From an uncultured Candidatus Micrarchaeota archaeon (GTDB lineage Archaea; Micrarchaeota; Micrarchaeia; Anstonellales; Bilamarchaeaceae), in the NCBI GenBank assembly GCA_963714085.1, contig OY970229.1:1216001-1280000 (forward strand): a DNA stretch of 64,000 nucleotides, written 5' to 3'. This document shows, piece by piece, positions 21,208 through 31,298 of the stretch. The notes beneath the pieces were generated by a model. That model saw only the letters and a list, made by a program, of their open reading frames with translations. It was not told where the DNA came from and made no database searches. Made by a program: the position numbers and the translations under genes. Every line of letters begins with the position of its first letter. Position 1 is the stretch's first letter.

Positions 21208-22461
21208 ATGGTGATGGCGAAGATATCCGAACCGCGGCCCGAGGCTCCGAAGCTAGCCGAACAGCCGCCGGTGACCGAGGTGCTCAGGAACGCGGGCCTT
21301 GAGCCGAAGAAGCTGAATCCCATCGAGCTCGAGTACTTCAAGATCGCGCTCCCGAGGCTGATGGCCGGATGGCAGGCGGCAGGCAGGAAGGTCGAGCTGG
21401 AAGCCGCCCGCTGGCTCGAGACCCAGGTCGCGCAGAAGCAGGAGTTCCTCAAATCCACGAACGCGTCCCCTGCGGAATTGCGCAATGTCCAGACGGACCT
21501 CAGGCACGTGCATGAGAAGGTGCTCGCCCTGGAGAAGGCCGGGCTCGTCGCGACGAAAACCGAAAGATTCCCCTACGGCATGATGCAGAGGCAGGTCGAC
21601 GAGCTCAAGAAGATGGGCATCGGTGATCCATACAAATCCACGTGGGAGCAGCGGAGGATCGCGGGCATCAGGTCCATGTACTCGAACCCGTTAGAATCAC
21701 GCGAGGGCAGGAGGGTGGAGCTCGCCGCATCGAAGCGCATGAAGGCCCTGCGGGATGCCGATATAGCCAGGAACGGACCGATGCAGGAGAGCCCTTTCAG
21801 CGACGAATACAGGATAAAAAACATGAAGAACGTCCAGGAACAGATGATGGCGAGCGCGACGTACAGGAAAGCCATCGAGGATCAGAACTCCAGGTTCCCA
21901 GCGCATCAGAAGACCGCCGCCAATATGATTATGGATGCGATAGCGAAGGCGCGCAACCCCAAGGCCGACATCGGGCCAGCGAGCTCGCTGTACGCGCGTG
22001 CCGTGAGGGAGTACTCCAGTATGCTGGAGATATACTCGAAGGACCGCGCCTTTGGCAGGGACCCGAAAGAGCGTATGGTCGCGGGCCTGGTCTCGGAGGA
22101 GAGGGCGATCAGGATCGCCATGGCCGAGAAGATCTCAAAGACTCTGATCGCCCAGCAGAAAGCCAGGCCGAGGGAGCCCGAGGACGCCATCGTGCACAAT
22201 TATGAATTCACCGTCGCAGGCTTCGGTTCCGAGGAGAAAACTACCACTTATCAGTTCTCCACCACGAATCCGATCGATTCGAGGCTATTCCGCCATGCGC
22301 TGGACGTCTCTTCTCCTGAAGAGGCGCGGAGCAATCTGGCGGCCCTGGGCGTCGTAGGTCTGTCTGCCAGGGCGATCGCCGAGATGCGCGAAGGGATCCA
22401 GGATCCGATCGCCCAGACCCAGCTCGTCGAGATCAAGGCCAAGAAGGGTACTAAGGGTTGA
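21208..22461 (+). CDS. Hypothetical helical protein
   Basis: 417-aa ORF with host-like codon usage; no family recognised. Confidence 0.6.
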   Translation: MVMAKISEPRPEAPKLAEQPPVTEVLRNAGLEPKKLNPIELEYFKIALPRLMAGWQAAGRKVELEAARWLETQVAQKQEFLKSTNASPAELRNVQTDLRHVHEKVLALEKAGLVATKTERFPYGMMQRQVDELKKMGIGDPYKSTWEQRRIAGIRSMYSNPLESREGRRVELAASKRMKALRDADIARNGPMQESPFSDEYRIKNMKNVQEQMMASATYRKAIEDQNSRFPAHQKTAANMIMDAIAKARNPKADIGPASSLYARAVREYSSMLEIYSKDRAFGRDPKERMVAGLVSEERAIRIAMAEKISKTLIAQQKARPREPEDAIVHNYEFTVAGFGSEEKTTTYQFSTTNPIDSRLFRHALDVSSPEEARSNLAALGVVGLSARAIAEMREGIQDPIAQTQLVEIKAKKGTKG

Positions 22462-23221
22462 TGGTAAATCCGCCCTTCGGGTTCGGCATCGGGCTTATCT
22501 TCGTGCTCCCGAAACGGACTTCTCCGCCATTTTCCGTGAAAGAGGATCCGTAGTCGGAGCGGGGCAGCTGCACGTCAACTGAAAAATCGGTCCCTATCTG
22601 GTCCACTACGATTTTACCGCCCACGGGCGCGAAGAACAGGAAGCCGGGCACCACCGCCATCTTCGCGTTCGTGACGTCCATCCCGTCCCCGTGTATGATT
22701 GTGTCGCCATGGATCGGGATCTCGCGTATCCTGTCCGTCTGCACGAAAATGCGGTCATCCGTAGCGACCCACGAGACGAACGGCCTGCTGAAGATGCGGG
22801 TCATGTCCTTATGGGAGAACAATTCGCCGAAGCTCCCCTGGCCCAGCGTTTCCTTATCCTGCTTCGCCTCGATGATGATCCATTTCCTGCTCGTGAGCAT
22901 GAAAGCGCGCTTCTCGCTGCACCAGACGCCATGGACCGTTTCTCCCTGACCCAGCATCTTCTCCGATCCAATCTCGCGCACAGTGGCGCCCGAGCGCTTG
23001 TACCTGAAGGTCTCGCCGTCGAATTCGCATTCGGCCTTGCCTGATTTGTGGCTCTTTTTCTGCGCCAGGGGCAAACCTCTTTTTCCGCTGGTCGCCTGCG
23101 TGTCCGCGAGGGGCGCCTTGCCCGTGAACGCGCTAGCATACGCGGGCGAGCGTACCCCCAGCACGGCTGAGAGCGCGAGCGCAGTGCATACGACCTTGAA
23201 TCCGCTTTGTGCCGGGCGCAA
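22451..23221 (-). CDS. Hypothetical secreted protein (beta-rich)
   Basis: Signal-peptide-like N-terminus VVCTALALSAVLG...AYA; no family recognised. Confidence 0.55.
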   Translation of the reverse strand: MRPAQSGFKVVCTALALSAVLGVRSPAYASAFTGKAPLADTQATSGKRGLPLAQKKSHKSGKAECEFDGETFRYKRSGATVREIGSEKMLGQGETVHGVWCSEKRAFMLTSRKWIIIEAKQDKETLGQGSFGELFSHKDMTRIFSRPFVSWVATDDRIFVQTDRIREIPIHGDTIIHGDGMDVTNAKMAVVPGFLFFAPVGGKIVVDQIGTDFSVDVQLPRSDYGSSFTENGGEVRFGSTKISPMPNPKGGFTINP

Positions 23222-23456
23222 TCTTATCCCCTTAAACAGTATTGTCGGCTCCTTCTTTTCTTCCTTCGCTTTTCCTCAATTCCGTGAAGAACAATCCCTG
23301 TTTGCACACGGGCCTCCTCACGCCGTCCTCGGAGTAGGCTAAGGTTTTGTGTTTGAGCATATGGTATATTATGTACATTAGAGTTTATAAAGATTGGTGT
23401 TTGGTTGCATGACCGATACAGAACAACGCCCGCAACGGCTCCTTCTGGAACCTGAT

Positions 23457-24749
23457 TCAGGGGTGCAGCCTGGTCCTGTCCCTCGGGAACAGCGTCGCGT
23501 CGCGGATGTTCTCCAGGTTGCAGATCTTCATGGTGAGCCTTTCCAGCCCTATGCCGCACCCTGCGTGCGGAGGGGCGCCCATCCTGAACGCGTTCAGATA
23601 AAACTCGAACTCCGCGGGGTCAAGGCCGCGCGAGCGCAGTGCGTCCTCGAGCATGGCCGGGTTGTGGATGCGCTTGGCACCTGAAGAAATCTCCAGCCCG
23701 CGGTAGACCAGGTCGAAGGCGTGGCATATCTTCTTGTCCTTCGGGTCCGGCATGGAGTAGAACGCGCGTATCGCGGTCGGCCAGTCGTATATGAAATACA
23801 GGTCCTCATCCATTATATCGAAGAGCTTCTTCTCGGCCTCCTTGGTGAAATCCTCGCCCCACTCCATCTTCATGCCGGCGGCGTTCAGCTTCTCCACGAG
23901 CTCGGTGTAGGAATAGCGGGGCACCTTCTCAGGGACCTCGAACTCCGGGTGCAGGGCCACTATCTCCGGGCCCATCTTGGACTTCACCTGGTCGAGTATG
24001 TGCAGCGTGACCTTCTCCAGCACGTCCATTGCGTCAAGGTGGTCAGCGAAGCCCATCTCGATGTCCATCATCACTATCTCGTTCAGGTGCGTCGTCGTGT
24101 TGTGCTTCTCGGCCCTGAACACGGGCATGGTCATGAACACCCTGTCGAAGCCGCCTATCACTGCCAGCTGCTTGTAGAGCTGCGGCGACTGCACCAGGTA
24201 GGCCTTGTTCTCGAAGTACTGTATCGGGAACACGTCCGCGCCGCCCTCGGTGGCCGCGCCGGTTATGGCGGACGGATGGATCTCCACGAATCCCAATTCG
24301 AGCAGCTTCTCCCTGAAGGCGGTCGCCACCACGGATTTTATCTTGAAAACGGAAGCGGACTCCTTCCTGCGCAGGTCCAGGTAGCGGAAGTCCATGCGCG
24401 TGTCTATCTCGCACGGCACCACGCCCGTGGGGTCCACCGGGAGCTTGCGCTCCACCTTGTTGAGCAGCCAGAACCCGTCCGGCACCATCTCCACCCCGTC
24501 CGGGGCGATCTTGTTCTCCTTCATCATGCCCTCGAAGGCAACAACGTCCTCCTTGTTCAGCGCCACCTGGGAGAGCAGCTCCTCGCTGACCACGCCCTTC
24601 TTCATGGTGACCTGGAGTATGCCGCTCCGGTCGCGTACGAGCGCGAACTTGAGCTTGCCCAGGTCGCGGAAATCGTGCACCCAGCCCGCTATTTTCACCT
24701 TCTCGCCCGCATGGGCCCTGGCATCCGCGATATAGTGAGTCCTGTCCAT
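23457..24749 (-). CDS. aspS: Archaeal aspartyl-tRNA synthetase, probably non-discriminating
   Basis: OB fold (GWVHDFRDLG), QSPQLYKQ, FRAE, GLEISSGAKRIH, GIGLERL, LFPRD; Pro in the anticodon-domain loop (KIAPDG) suggests the ND type. Confidence 0.95.
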   Translation of the reverse strand: MDRTHYIADARAHAGEKVKIAGWVHDFRDLGKLKFALVRDRSGILQVTMKKGVVSEELLSQVALNKEDVVAFEGMMKENKIAPDGVEMVPDGFWLLNKVERKLPVDPTGVVPCEIDTRMDFRYLDLRRKESASVFKIKSVVATAFREKLLELGFVEIHPSAITGAATEGGADVFPIQYFENKAYLVQSPQLYKQLAVIGGFDRVFMTMPVFRAEKHNTTTHLNEIVMMDIEMGFADHLDAMDVLEKVTLHILDQVKSKMGPEIVALHPEFEVPEKVPRYSYTELVEKLNAAGMKMEWGEDFTKEAEKKLFDIMDEDLYFIYDWPTAIRAFYSMPDPKDKKICHAFDLVYRGLEISSGAKRIHNPAMLEDALRSRGLDPAEFEFYLNAFRMGAPPHAGCGIGLERLTMKICNLENIRDATLFPRDRTRLHP

Positions 24750-24825
24750 GTGAACCAACCAGAAATGACCTGCTGTCTTCTTCTATAGGGAGCATTTTTA
24801 ATCATAATTACAGAAAGGAAGGAGC

Positions 24826-26082
24826 ATGGATCTGACCATGCCACTGCTGATCTTTCTGCCAGACACCGCCCTGGTCATGATCGGAGTCTCCCTCATGCTC
24901 AGCGTCGTCGTGACCGCGCTGTTCTACATGCTCGCCTACACGCTCCAGCACCCCCCGTTGTTCACCCTGGCCAAGGAGGAGCTCTCGGCGCTCCTCTTCA
25001 GCGTGATAATAATAGTGGCCTGGATGTCGTCGGCCAGCCTGATGGATCCCATCGCGAAGGGGCTCATCGCGCCCGTCGCGGTCCAGGTGCCGTCTCAGTC
25101 TTCGGACCTGTTCTCCTCGCACGTGACGCTTGCCATCGCCTCCACCGAGATCATGTTCAACAAGCTGCGGGAGATGTACATCTCCATGTACCTTTACGAG
25201 GCGCTCATAGGCTTCCTGTCCACGCTGAGCTTCCCCATAATATCGGCCGTGGCCGGCCCGGCCATAATCTCGTTCACCCTCATGCCCTTCGACGGCCTCA
25301 ACCTGCTCAGCAACGCGCACACCATCGTGGTCGAGGCCATAGGCACCATGATGACCCTCATCTGGGCCAAGGAGTTCATACTGATATTCTGCAGGGACGC
25401 ACTGCCGGTGCTGTTCCTCCCCCTGGGCCTCGTCATGAGGTCCATACCGTTCCTCAGGAAGACCGGCTCGTCCATAATCTCCATATGCTTCGCCGGATAC
25501 TTCGTGCTGCCCTTCGCCATCCTGTTCTCCAACTTCCTGATATTCGACGTCTACCAGCCTCCGGACTTCGTCTACGCGCCCGAGCACTTCAGCATATACA
25601 AGACGGACCTCACCGAGACCAGCGCGCAGAACGAGATAACCGGCGCGAGGGACAACGCGTCGTCCAGCCTGACCAAGCTGTTCTCCGCGCCCACCGCGGC
25701 GCAGCAGGCCACCACCACCGCGTCCTGTTCGGGCAACAGCGTCGTGCAGATGTTCTGCTCCGCGGGCAACATCGTGCGCAACATAGGCACCGGCATAGTC
25801 GACTTCGCCAGCTCGGTGTTCAACATCTGGAAGTTCATGATGGGCCTCACGGGCGATTTCGCATCCACGTTCCTGTCCGGGGCGAACCAGCTCCTGCCCG
25901 CGTCCGCTACGGCCGGGATGTTCTTCTTCATCATAGACTCCGTGGTGAGCGAGAGCCAGTTCCTGGTCCTCGTGATGATCTCCACGGTGATAGAGATAAT
26001 ATTCACCATAACCATGTACCGGAACATAGCGCTCATAATCGGAGGCGAGCTCGACATCGCGGGCCTCTCCAAGATAATCTGA
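24826..26082 (+). CDS. Polytopic membrane protein, CedA/VirB6-like array member 1
   Basis: LFYMLAYTL...AKEEL N-terminal hairpin; PLGLVMRSIPFLRKTGSSII...YFVLP core; C-terminus GGELDIAGLSKII. Confidence 0.7.
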   Translation: MDLTMPLLIFLPDTALVMIGVSLMLSVVVTALFYMLAYTLQHPPLFTLAKEELSALLFSVIIIVAWMSSASLMDPIAKGLIAPVAVQVPSQSSDLFSSHVTLAIASTEIMFNKLREMYISMYLYEALIGFLSTLSFPIISAVAGPAIISFTLMPFDGLNLLSNAHTIVVEAIGTMMTLIWAKEFILIFCRDALPVLFLPLGLVMRSIPFLRKTGSSIISICFAGYFVLPFAILFSNFLIFDVYQPPDFVYAPEHFSIYKTDLTETSAQNEITGARDNASSSLTKLFSAPTAAQQATTTASCSGNSVVQMFCSAGNIVRNIGTGIVDFASSVFNIWKFMMGLTGDFASTFLSGANQLLPASATAGMFFFIIDSVVSESQFLVLVMISTVIEIIFTITMYRNIALIIGGELDIAGLSKII

Positions 26083-26090
26083 GGTTGCAT

Positions 26091-27638
26091 ATGAGGAAGA
26101 CGCTGTTCGCCCTGCTGCTGCTGGCGCTTGCCGTCCAGGCACAGGCCGTGCCAACCACCGCGCCGCAGTCTCCGGTGTCCGTCTTCAGCTCCCAGCTGGA
26201 CGTCGCGATGGCGCTCATAGGCGCGATCATGGCCGCGCTGATAGCCCTCGCCGCGGTGGTCTACGCCGTGGGATCGCTTTTCGGGTCCGAGACGCAGGCG
26301 AGGGCGAGCGTCTGGGCCAAGTCCATGGTCAGTGCCGTGGGCGTCGCCGCGGTCCTGGTGGTCATCCTGTTCTTCTTCCTGCCCAACTACCAGCTCGCGA
26401 CCAGCGTGGATCTTGACACCATGATCGGCAGCCTCATGACCACCGCACGCGTGGTGCTGGGCGCGATACTGATGGCCCTCATCGTGCTGTCCGCCGCGAC
26501 GTACGCCCTGGGCCAGGTCGCCGGGGCGGAGACCCGTTCAAGGGCGACGGTGTGGGCCACCGGCATGCTTGCGGCCGCGCTACTGTGCGCCGTGTTATAC
26601 GTCCTGGTCTTCGTGGTGTTCACCCAGTTCGGCGACACGCTGCTGGTCGGCACCGTGCTCGAGCCCTACAAGAACATCGTGATAGACATCGCCTTCTTCG
26701 TGGCCGCCATAATACTCATCACGTACACCGCGGCCCGCGTGTTCGGGAACACGGAATGGGAGGCCTACCTGAACGTGGAGATGACCAACCTGGCCGGCTC
26801 CTTCCTGGTGCTGGTCTTCGTGCTGGGTTTCTTCGCCGCGGGCACCGTGTTCTCCACCTTGGTCATCGGCAACTCCAGCACCCCGCCGGCGGCGGCGCTG
26901 ACGTTCATGCGCCAGACCGTGGCCAGCAGCCTGCTCTCCGGGATGTACGACGTGTTCAGCATACAGACCTGCACCTCGATGCTGAGCACCTTCAGCAGGA
27001 GGTTCGGGGAAGCCGCCCTCACCAACGTGATAAAGGTGTTCCCTGGCATCAACGTCTTCGTCCAGATAACGAACGTGCTCGGCTACGGGTTCGTGACCAT
27101 CTACACCAGCGTCTCGGCGCAGATGACGGTGCTGAACCTGGTGGACGCCTTCATGGTGCCCTTCGTCCTGCCGGCCGGGCTGATACTGCGGTTCTTCCCG
27201 CCCACCCGCGACGCCGGCTCGTTCCTCATCGCCTGCGCGTTCTCGGCCCAGTTCATCTTCCCCCTGCTCTACATGATAAACTCCATGGTGCTCAGCGACC
27301 TCCAGGTCCAGGTCTACGACCAGGCGAAGTCCGCGCTCATCATAAGCTCTCTCTGCGGGCCGTTCAAGTTCGGGGTGACCGGCGTGCTGTTCCAGCCGAT
27401 CTCGAAAGGCGTCACCGCGATACCCCTGTTCTCGAACCTGCCGGGGATGGACACCCTGTTCAAGGTCATACTGTCCGAGCCCACGCTCAACATGCTGCCC
27501 ATGCTCGAGTTCGTGCCCGTGATGCAGTCCCTGGCGCTGCTGTCGCTGTTCGGGCTTTTCGTGCCCGCGTTCGCCCTGACAATGACCATAGCGTCCATAA
27601 ACGCTATAACTAAATTCCTGACTGCGAAGGTGTCATGA
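26091..27638 (+). CDS. Polytopic membrane protein, array member 2, with signal peptide and two extra pilin-like hairpins
   Basis: True start ATG 26091 (MRKTLFALLLLALAVQAQA); core PAGLILRFFPPTRDAGSFLIA...FIFP. Confidence 0.7.
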   Translation: MRKTLFALLLLALAVQAQAVPTTAPQSPVSVFSSQLDVAMALIGAIMAALIALAAVVYAVGSLFGSETQARASVWAKSMVSAVGVAAVLVVILFFFLPNYQLATSVDLDTMIGSLMTTARVVLGAILMALIVLSAATYALGQVAGAETRSRATVWATGMLAAALLCAVLYVLVFVVFTQFGDTLLVGTVLEPYKNIVIDIAFFVAAIILITYTAARVFGNTEWEAYLNVEMTNLAGSFLVLVFVLGFFAAGTVFSTLVIGNSSTPPAAALTFMRQTVASSLLSGMYDVFSIQTCTSMLSTFSRRFGEAALTNVIKVFPGINVFVQITNVLGYGFVTIYTSVSAQMTVLNLVDAFMVPFVLPAGLILRFFPPTRDAGSFLIACAFSAQFIFPLLYMINSMVLSDLQVQVYDQAKSALIISSLCGPFKFGVTGVLFQPISKGVTAIPLFSNLPGMDTLFKVILSEPTLNMLPMLEFVPVMQSLALLSLFGLFVPAFALTMTIASINAITKFLTAKVS

Positions 27639-28972
27639 TGACGACCCTAGACGTGTGGTATTCCACCTGGATCCCCCTCGCCGGGGCGGCCCTCGGGCTC
27701 GCCATCACGCTATCCGCCCTCGTCTACATGCTCGGCACGGCGCTCATGAACGACAAGATGAAGGGCTGGGCGAAGATGGAGCTGGTGGAGGCCTTCTACT
27801 CCGCGGTGATAATCGCGCTCATCGCCACTCCAGGGCTCGGCGCCCTCATGCTCGTGGACTCCGCGGTCCAGGGCGGCCTTTTCCTGAACCAGGCCAGCCC
27901 GACGGTGTTCATAGCCGAGAGGGGCATCTCCCTCCCGCTGTGCGGGGATGCCATAGCCTCGGACCCCAGTTCGATATACTACGACGTGACCGCCTGCCAC
28001 ATGCGGCTCGGCATCTGGTACCTGCACACGCTGTTCCAGGAGGAGCAGAGCCTCGCCTACAAGGACTACCTCACCTACATCTACACCTCCACACTGGCGG
28101 ACTTCACGATAAACTACGAGTTCATAACCCAGGCCGCGGGCATGTTCAGCATCACGCCCTGGAGGGGCTTCTTCACGACGGGCAACACCATAAGGAGCAT
28201 GGTGTTCGACTACCTCATCAAGCTGATGATAGTCACGAAGTTCCAGGAGGTGCTGCTCTCCTTCACAGCCACGGCCCTGTTCCCCGCGCTGTTCGTGAGC
28301 GGCGCGGTGCTGCGGACGTTCACCTTCAGCAGGCGCCTGGGCGGCCTGCTGCTCGCCATGTCGCTCGCGCTCTACTACGTGTTCCCCGCGTTCTATGCCC
28401 TGGGCGGCCTGCTGGTGTACCAGATCAAGGTCCAGATGGCGGGGGACCCGAGCTTCACGGCGATCTGCGGCCAGCTCGGGGCCAACGCCTGCAAGGACCC
28501 GCCCATCACGAACTTCATGTACGTCACCGGCCAGATCCCGCTTCCGGGGAGCAACCTGAGCACGGACGACGCGCAGGCCGCGTACAACACCCTCCAGGGG
28601 CAGACCATGGAGCAGCGGCTCAAGACCGACGAGAACGGCTCGGGCGGGTACATGGCGCTCAATTCGCAGAACGGCAACCCGGCCGCGGATTTCGCGCAGA
28701 TCCAGACCCTGGCCAACCGCGACCAGGCCATGAAAGACGCCAGCAACAAGACCAACTCCTGGTTCAACCTGGTGACCTCCTCGTCCAAGCTGGACACCAG
28801 CATCTTCAGCGCATACATGGCAGGGGGGCCGGTGGACGCGCTCGCGCGCCTCGCGTTCTTCTCCACGTTCTTCGCGCTCTTCGGCATACTCGCCACGATA
28901 GCGACAATACGATCGATCTCCGCGACGCTCGGAGGGGACCTGGAGATAGCCGGGCTCACGCACCTGATATGA
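27635..28972 (+). CDS. Polytopic membrane protein, array member 3
   Basis: LVYMLGTAL...WAKMEL; GAVLRTFTFSRRLGGLLLAMSLALYYVFP; C-terminus GGDLEIAGLTHLI; ATGA overlap with member 2. Confidence 0.7.
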   Translation: MMTTLDVWYSTWIPLAGAALGLAITLSALVYMLGTALMNDKMKGWAKMELVEAFYSAVIIALIATPGLGALMLVDSAVQGGLFLNQASPTVFIAERGISLPLCGDAIASDPSSIYYDVTACHMRLGIWYLHTLFQEEQSLAYKDYLTYIYTSTLADFTINYEFITQAAGMFSITPWRGFFTTGNTIRSMVFDYLIKLMIVTKFQEVLLSFTATALFPALFVSGAVLRTFTFSRRLGGLLLAMSLALYYVFPAFYALGGLLVYQIKVQMAGDPSFTAICGQLGANACKDPPITNFMYVTGQIPLPGSNLSTDDAQAAYNTLQGQTMEQRLKTDENGSGGYMALNSQNGNPAADFAQIQTLANRDQAMKDASNKTNSWFNLVTSSSKLDTSIFSAYMAGGPVDALARLAFFSTFFALFGILATIATIRSISATLGGDLEIAGLTHLI

Positions 28973-28976
28973 GGAT

Positions 28977-30218
28977 ATGAGGATGGACAAGAAAACGATG
29001 GTTCTCCTGGTGGCTGTTCTGCTCGTCGCCTTCGCCGGCATAGCGCTCGCGGACAGCCTCACGGACATGCTCAACACCCAGAACAGCACGCTGGCCACCG
29101 AGGGGAGCGCGTTCGTCAAGGCCACCCAGGCCGGCGTGGGCACGATACCAACCGTCTTCAACTCGGTGTTCGAGGCCTTCGATCCGGGCTTCTGCGGCAA
29201 CGACATGTTCACGGCGAACATCGGGTGGATAGAGGCTACCCTCGCCGCGCTCCTGGCGCTCGCGTTCGCGATCGCGCTGGTCTACATGCTCGGCGAGCTC
29301 ATGCAGATGCCGGGCCTGCTCGCCCTCGCCAAGGACGAGGCGGTCCAGATGCTCTACACCATCCTCAGGGTGGTCTTCATATTCGGCGTGCTCTTCGTGG
29401 CACAGACCTGGTTCACGATCCGGGTCTCGGGCAGCACCGACCCGGTGTACTCCATAACCAGCCCGGACCCGCTGAACCCCGGGGGAGCGCCCACGATCAT
29501 AGACGCGGCGATGGCGTTCTGCCGCTCCGTGATAGTCGAGATGATAACGAACTACTCCAACCTCGTGATGTACAACATGGTGATAAACACCGTGTACTCG
29601 TCCACGATGTGGTTCGGGGTCACCTGGCGCACGATGTACTCGTTCAACCTGGGCCCGGTGCTAAAGCCCCTCATAGACATCATCGGCATGGCGTTGCAGT
29701 ACCTGGGCCTGGGCATGGGCGAGTGGATGGCCCACCTGGCGATCCTCTGCCTCATAAAGAAATGGACCTGGACGATGTTCATCCCGGTGGCGATATTCAT
29801 GCGCGCGCTTCCCCAGACCCGCACCGCGGGCGAGGCGCTCTTCGCCATCACGTTCGCCCTGGCGCTGATATACCCATTCATGTTCCTGGTGACCTACGAG
29901 ACCCACAAGCTCATGAAGGGCAACCTCGTGGACAGCAGCCAGGCGCTGCAGTCGTTCGTGCAGAAATCCGGCATACTCAAGGTGGCCGGCTCGATGCTCA
30001 TAATCGTGTTCCTGGCCGCGGGCGTGTTCTTCCCGTTCTTCCTGGGCGCGGGCCTCAACATCGCCCTCGAGATGGTCAAGAGCTCGGTTTATTACGTGGT
30101 CATACTATCATTGTTGCTGCCGTTCATAAACATATTCGTGACCCTCACGGCGGCCAGGGAGTTCGCGAAGTTCTTCAACGTGGATGTGTCGTTCATGTCG
30201 TTCGTGAAAGTGATATAG
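28977..30218 (+). CDS. Polytopic membrane protein, array member 4 (signal peptide)
   Basis: LVYMLGELM...LAKDEA; PVAIFMRALPQTRTAGEALFA...IYP; C-terminus NVDVSFMSFVKVI. Confidence 0.7.
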   Translation: MRMDKKTMVLLVAVLLVAFAGIALADSLTDMLNTQNSTLATEGSAFVKATQAGVGTIPTVFNSVFEAFDPGFCGNDMFTANIGWIEATLAALLALAFAIALVYMLGELMQMPGLLALAKDEAVQMLYTILRVVFIFGVLFVAQTWFTIRVSGSTDPVYSITSPDPLNPGGAPTIIDAAMAFCRSVIVEMITNYSNLVMYNMVINTVYSSTMWFGVTWRTMYSFNLGPVLKPLIDIIGMALQYLGLGMGEWMAHLAILCLIKKWTWTMFIPVAIFMRALPQTRTAGEALFAITFALALIYPFMFLVTYETHKLMKGNLVDSSQALQSFVQKSGILKVAGSMLIIVFLAAGVFFPFFLGAGLNIALEMVKSSVYYVVILSLLLPFINIFVTLTAAREFAKFFNVDVSFMSFVKVI

Positions 30219-31298
30219 ATGCTGACCGCAGACCAGATAGTACAGAACACTGCCTGCCCCCCGTCAGCCGGGGCCTTCCAGCAGTTCCTCTGCGGCTGGC
30301 AGGGAACCATGGTGCTCGCCCTCACGGTGTCCGCGGTGTTCCTCGCGGCGTTCTACATACTGTCCGTGCTCATGAGGAACGAGGGGCTCAAGGGCTTCGT
30401 GAAGCTCGAGGTGTCGGAGCTGTTCGTGACCGTGGTGCTGGTGATGATACTCCTGGGCGCGATGGGCGCGGTCTCGGACCTCCCGTTCGGCTCCCTGGTC
30501 TCATCAAGCAAGCTGCCCGGCGTCACGGACAGCGCCAGCATCTACAACGTGACGGATACCTATTTCAATACGCTCGGCGATTTAATACCGTACTTCCTCG
30601 AGACCGATTACGTTCTGGGGGTCATGGTGGACTCCTTCGCCTCGGTGCAGTCCCAGCCCAGGCCCATGGGGGTCGGGATCGTGGCCCCGCCGTTCGCAGG
30701 GCTCGCCTCGCCCATCAAGCAGCTCCTCTACAGCATGTCCAACGCGCTCGCCATCGCGTTCGTCGTCAATTACGCGCAGCTCTACGTCTTCCTGTTCATG
30801 CTGGAGGGTTCGCTGCACTATTACATACCCCTGGGCATAATCCTGCGTTCCCTCACCCCCACGCGCAGGATAGGCGGCGCGCTGATCGGGCTCGGGGTGA
30901 GCTTCCTGTTCGTGTTCCCGGTGATATACTCGCTGACCTTCGTCATGTTCTTCGACGGGGCCGGGCCCATGGAGACCCTGCGCTCGTTCACGGAAAGCCG
31001 CTTCGACATGAGCCCGGGCGTGGGCAACCTGATAAAGAACTTCTACAGCAGCAAGGCCAACCTGGGCTTCCCGGACCTCGTGGTCTCGCTGATAGGCGAC
31101 CTGGGCAGCATGTTCGCGTCGTTCGTAGGGGAGCTGTTCACCCTGGCCATGGTGCTGCCGATAGCCGTGGTCGGCTTCGTGGGGGCCGCGGGCCTGGTAT
31201 CGGTGTTGGACATACTGCTCATGGTGCAGGTGACGTCCGCGCTCAGCAAGACCATGGGGGAGGAGGTCGACATCTCCACGTTGACGAGGATGGTCTGA
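30219..31298 (+). CDS. Polytopic membrane protein, array member 5
   Basis: FYILSVLM...FVKLEV; PLGIILRSLTPTRRIGGALIG...VFP; C-terminus GEEVDISTLTRMV. Confidence 0.7.
   Translation: MLTADQIVQNTACPPSAGAFQQFLCGWQGTMVLALTVSAVFLAAFYILSVLMRNEGLKGFVKLEVSELFVTVVLVMILLGAMGAVSDLPFGSLVSSSKLPGVTDSASIYNVTDTYFNTLGDLIPYFLETDYVLGVMVDSFASVQSQPRPMGVGIVAPPFAGLASPIKQLLYSMSNALAIAFVVNYAQLYVFLFMLEGSLHYYIPLGIILRSLTPTRRIGGALIGLGVSFLFVFPVIYSLTFVMFFDGAGPMETLRSFTESRFDMSPGVGNLIKNFYSSKANLGFPDLVVSLIGDLGSMFASFVGELFTLAMVLPIAVVGFVGAAGLVSVLDILLMVQVTSALSKTMGEEVDISTLTRMV

Noticed and set aside
23232..23360. 42-codon minus-strand ORF (MLKHKTLAYSEDG...)
   Set aside because: Too short, with no motif or coupling to support it.
25485..26090. 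5' extension of the 717-aa track ORF
   Set aside because: Overlaps member 1 out of frame; the signal peptide and RBS point to ATG 26091.
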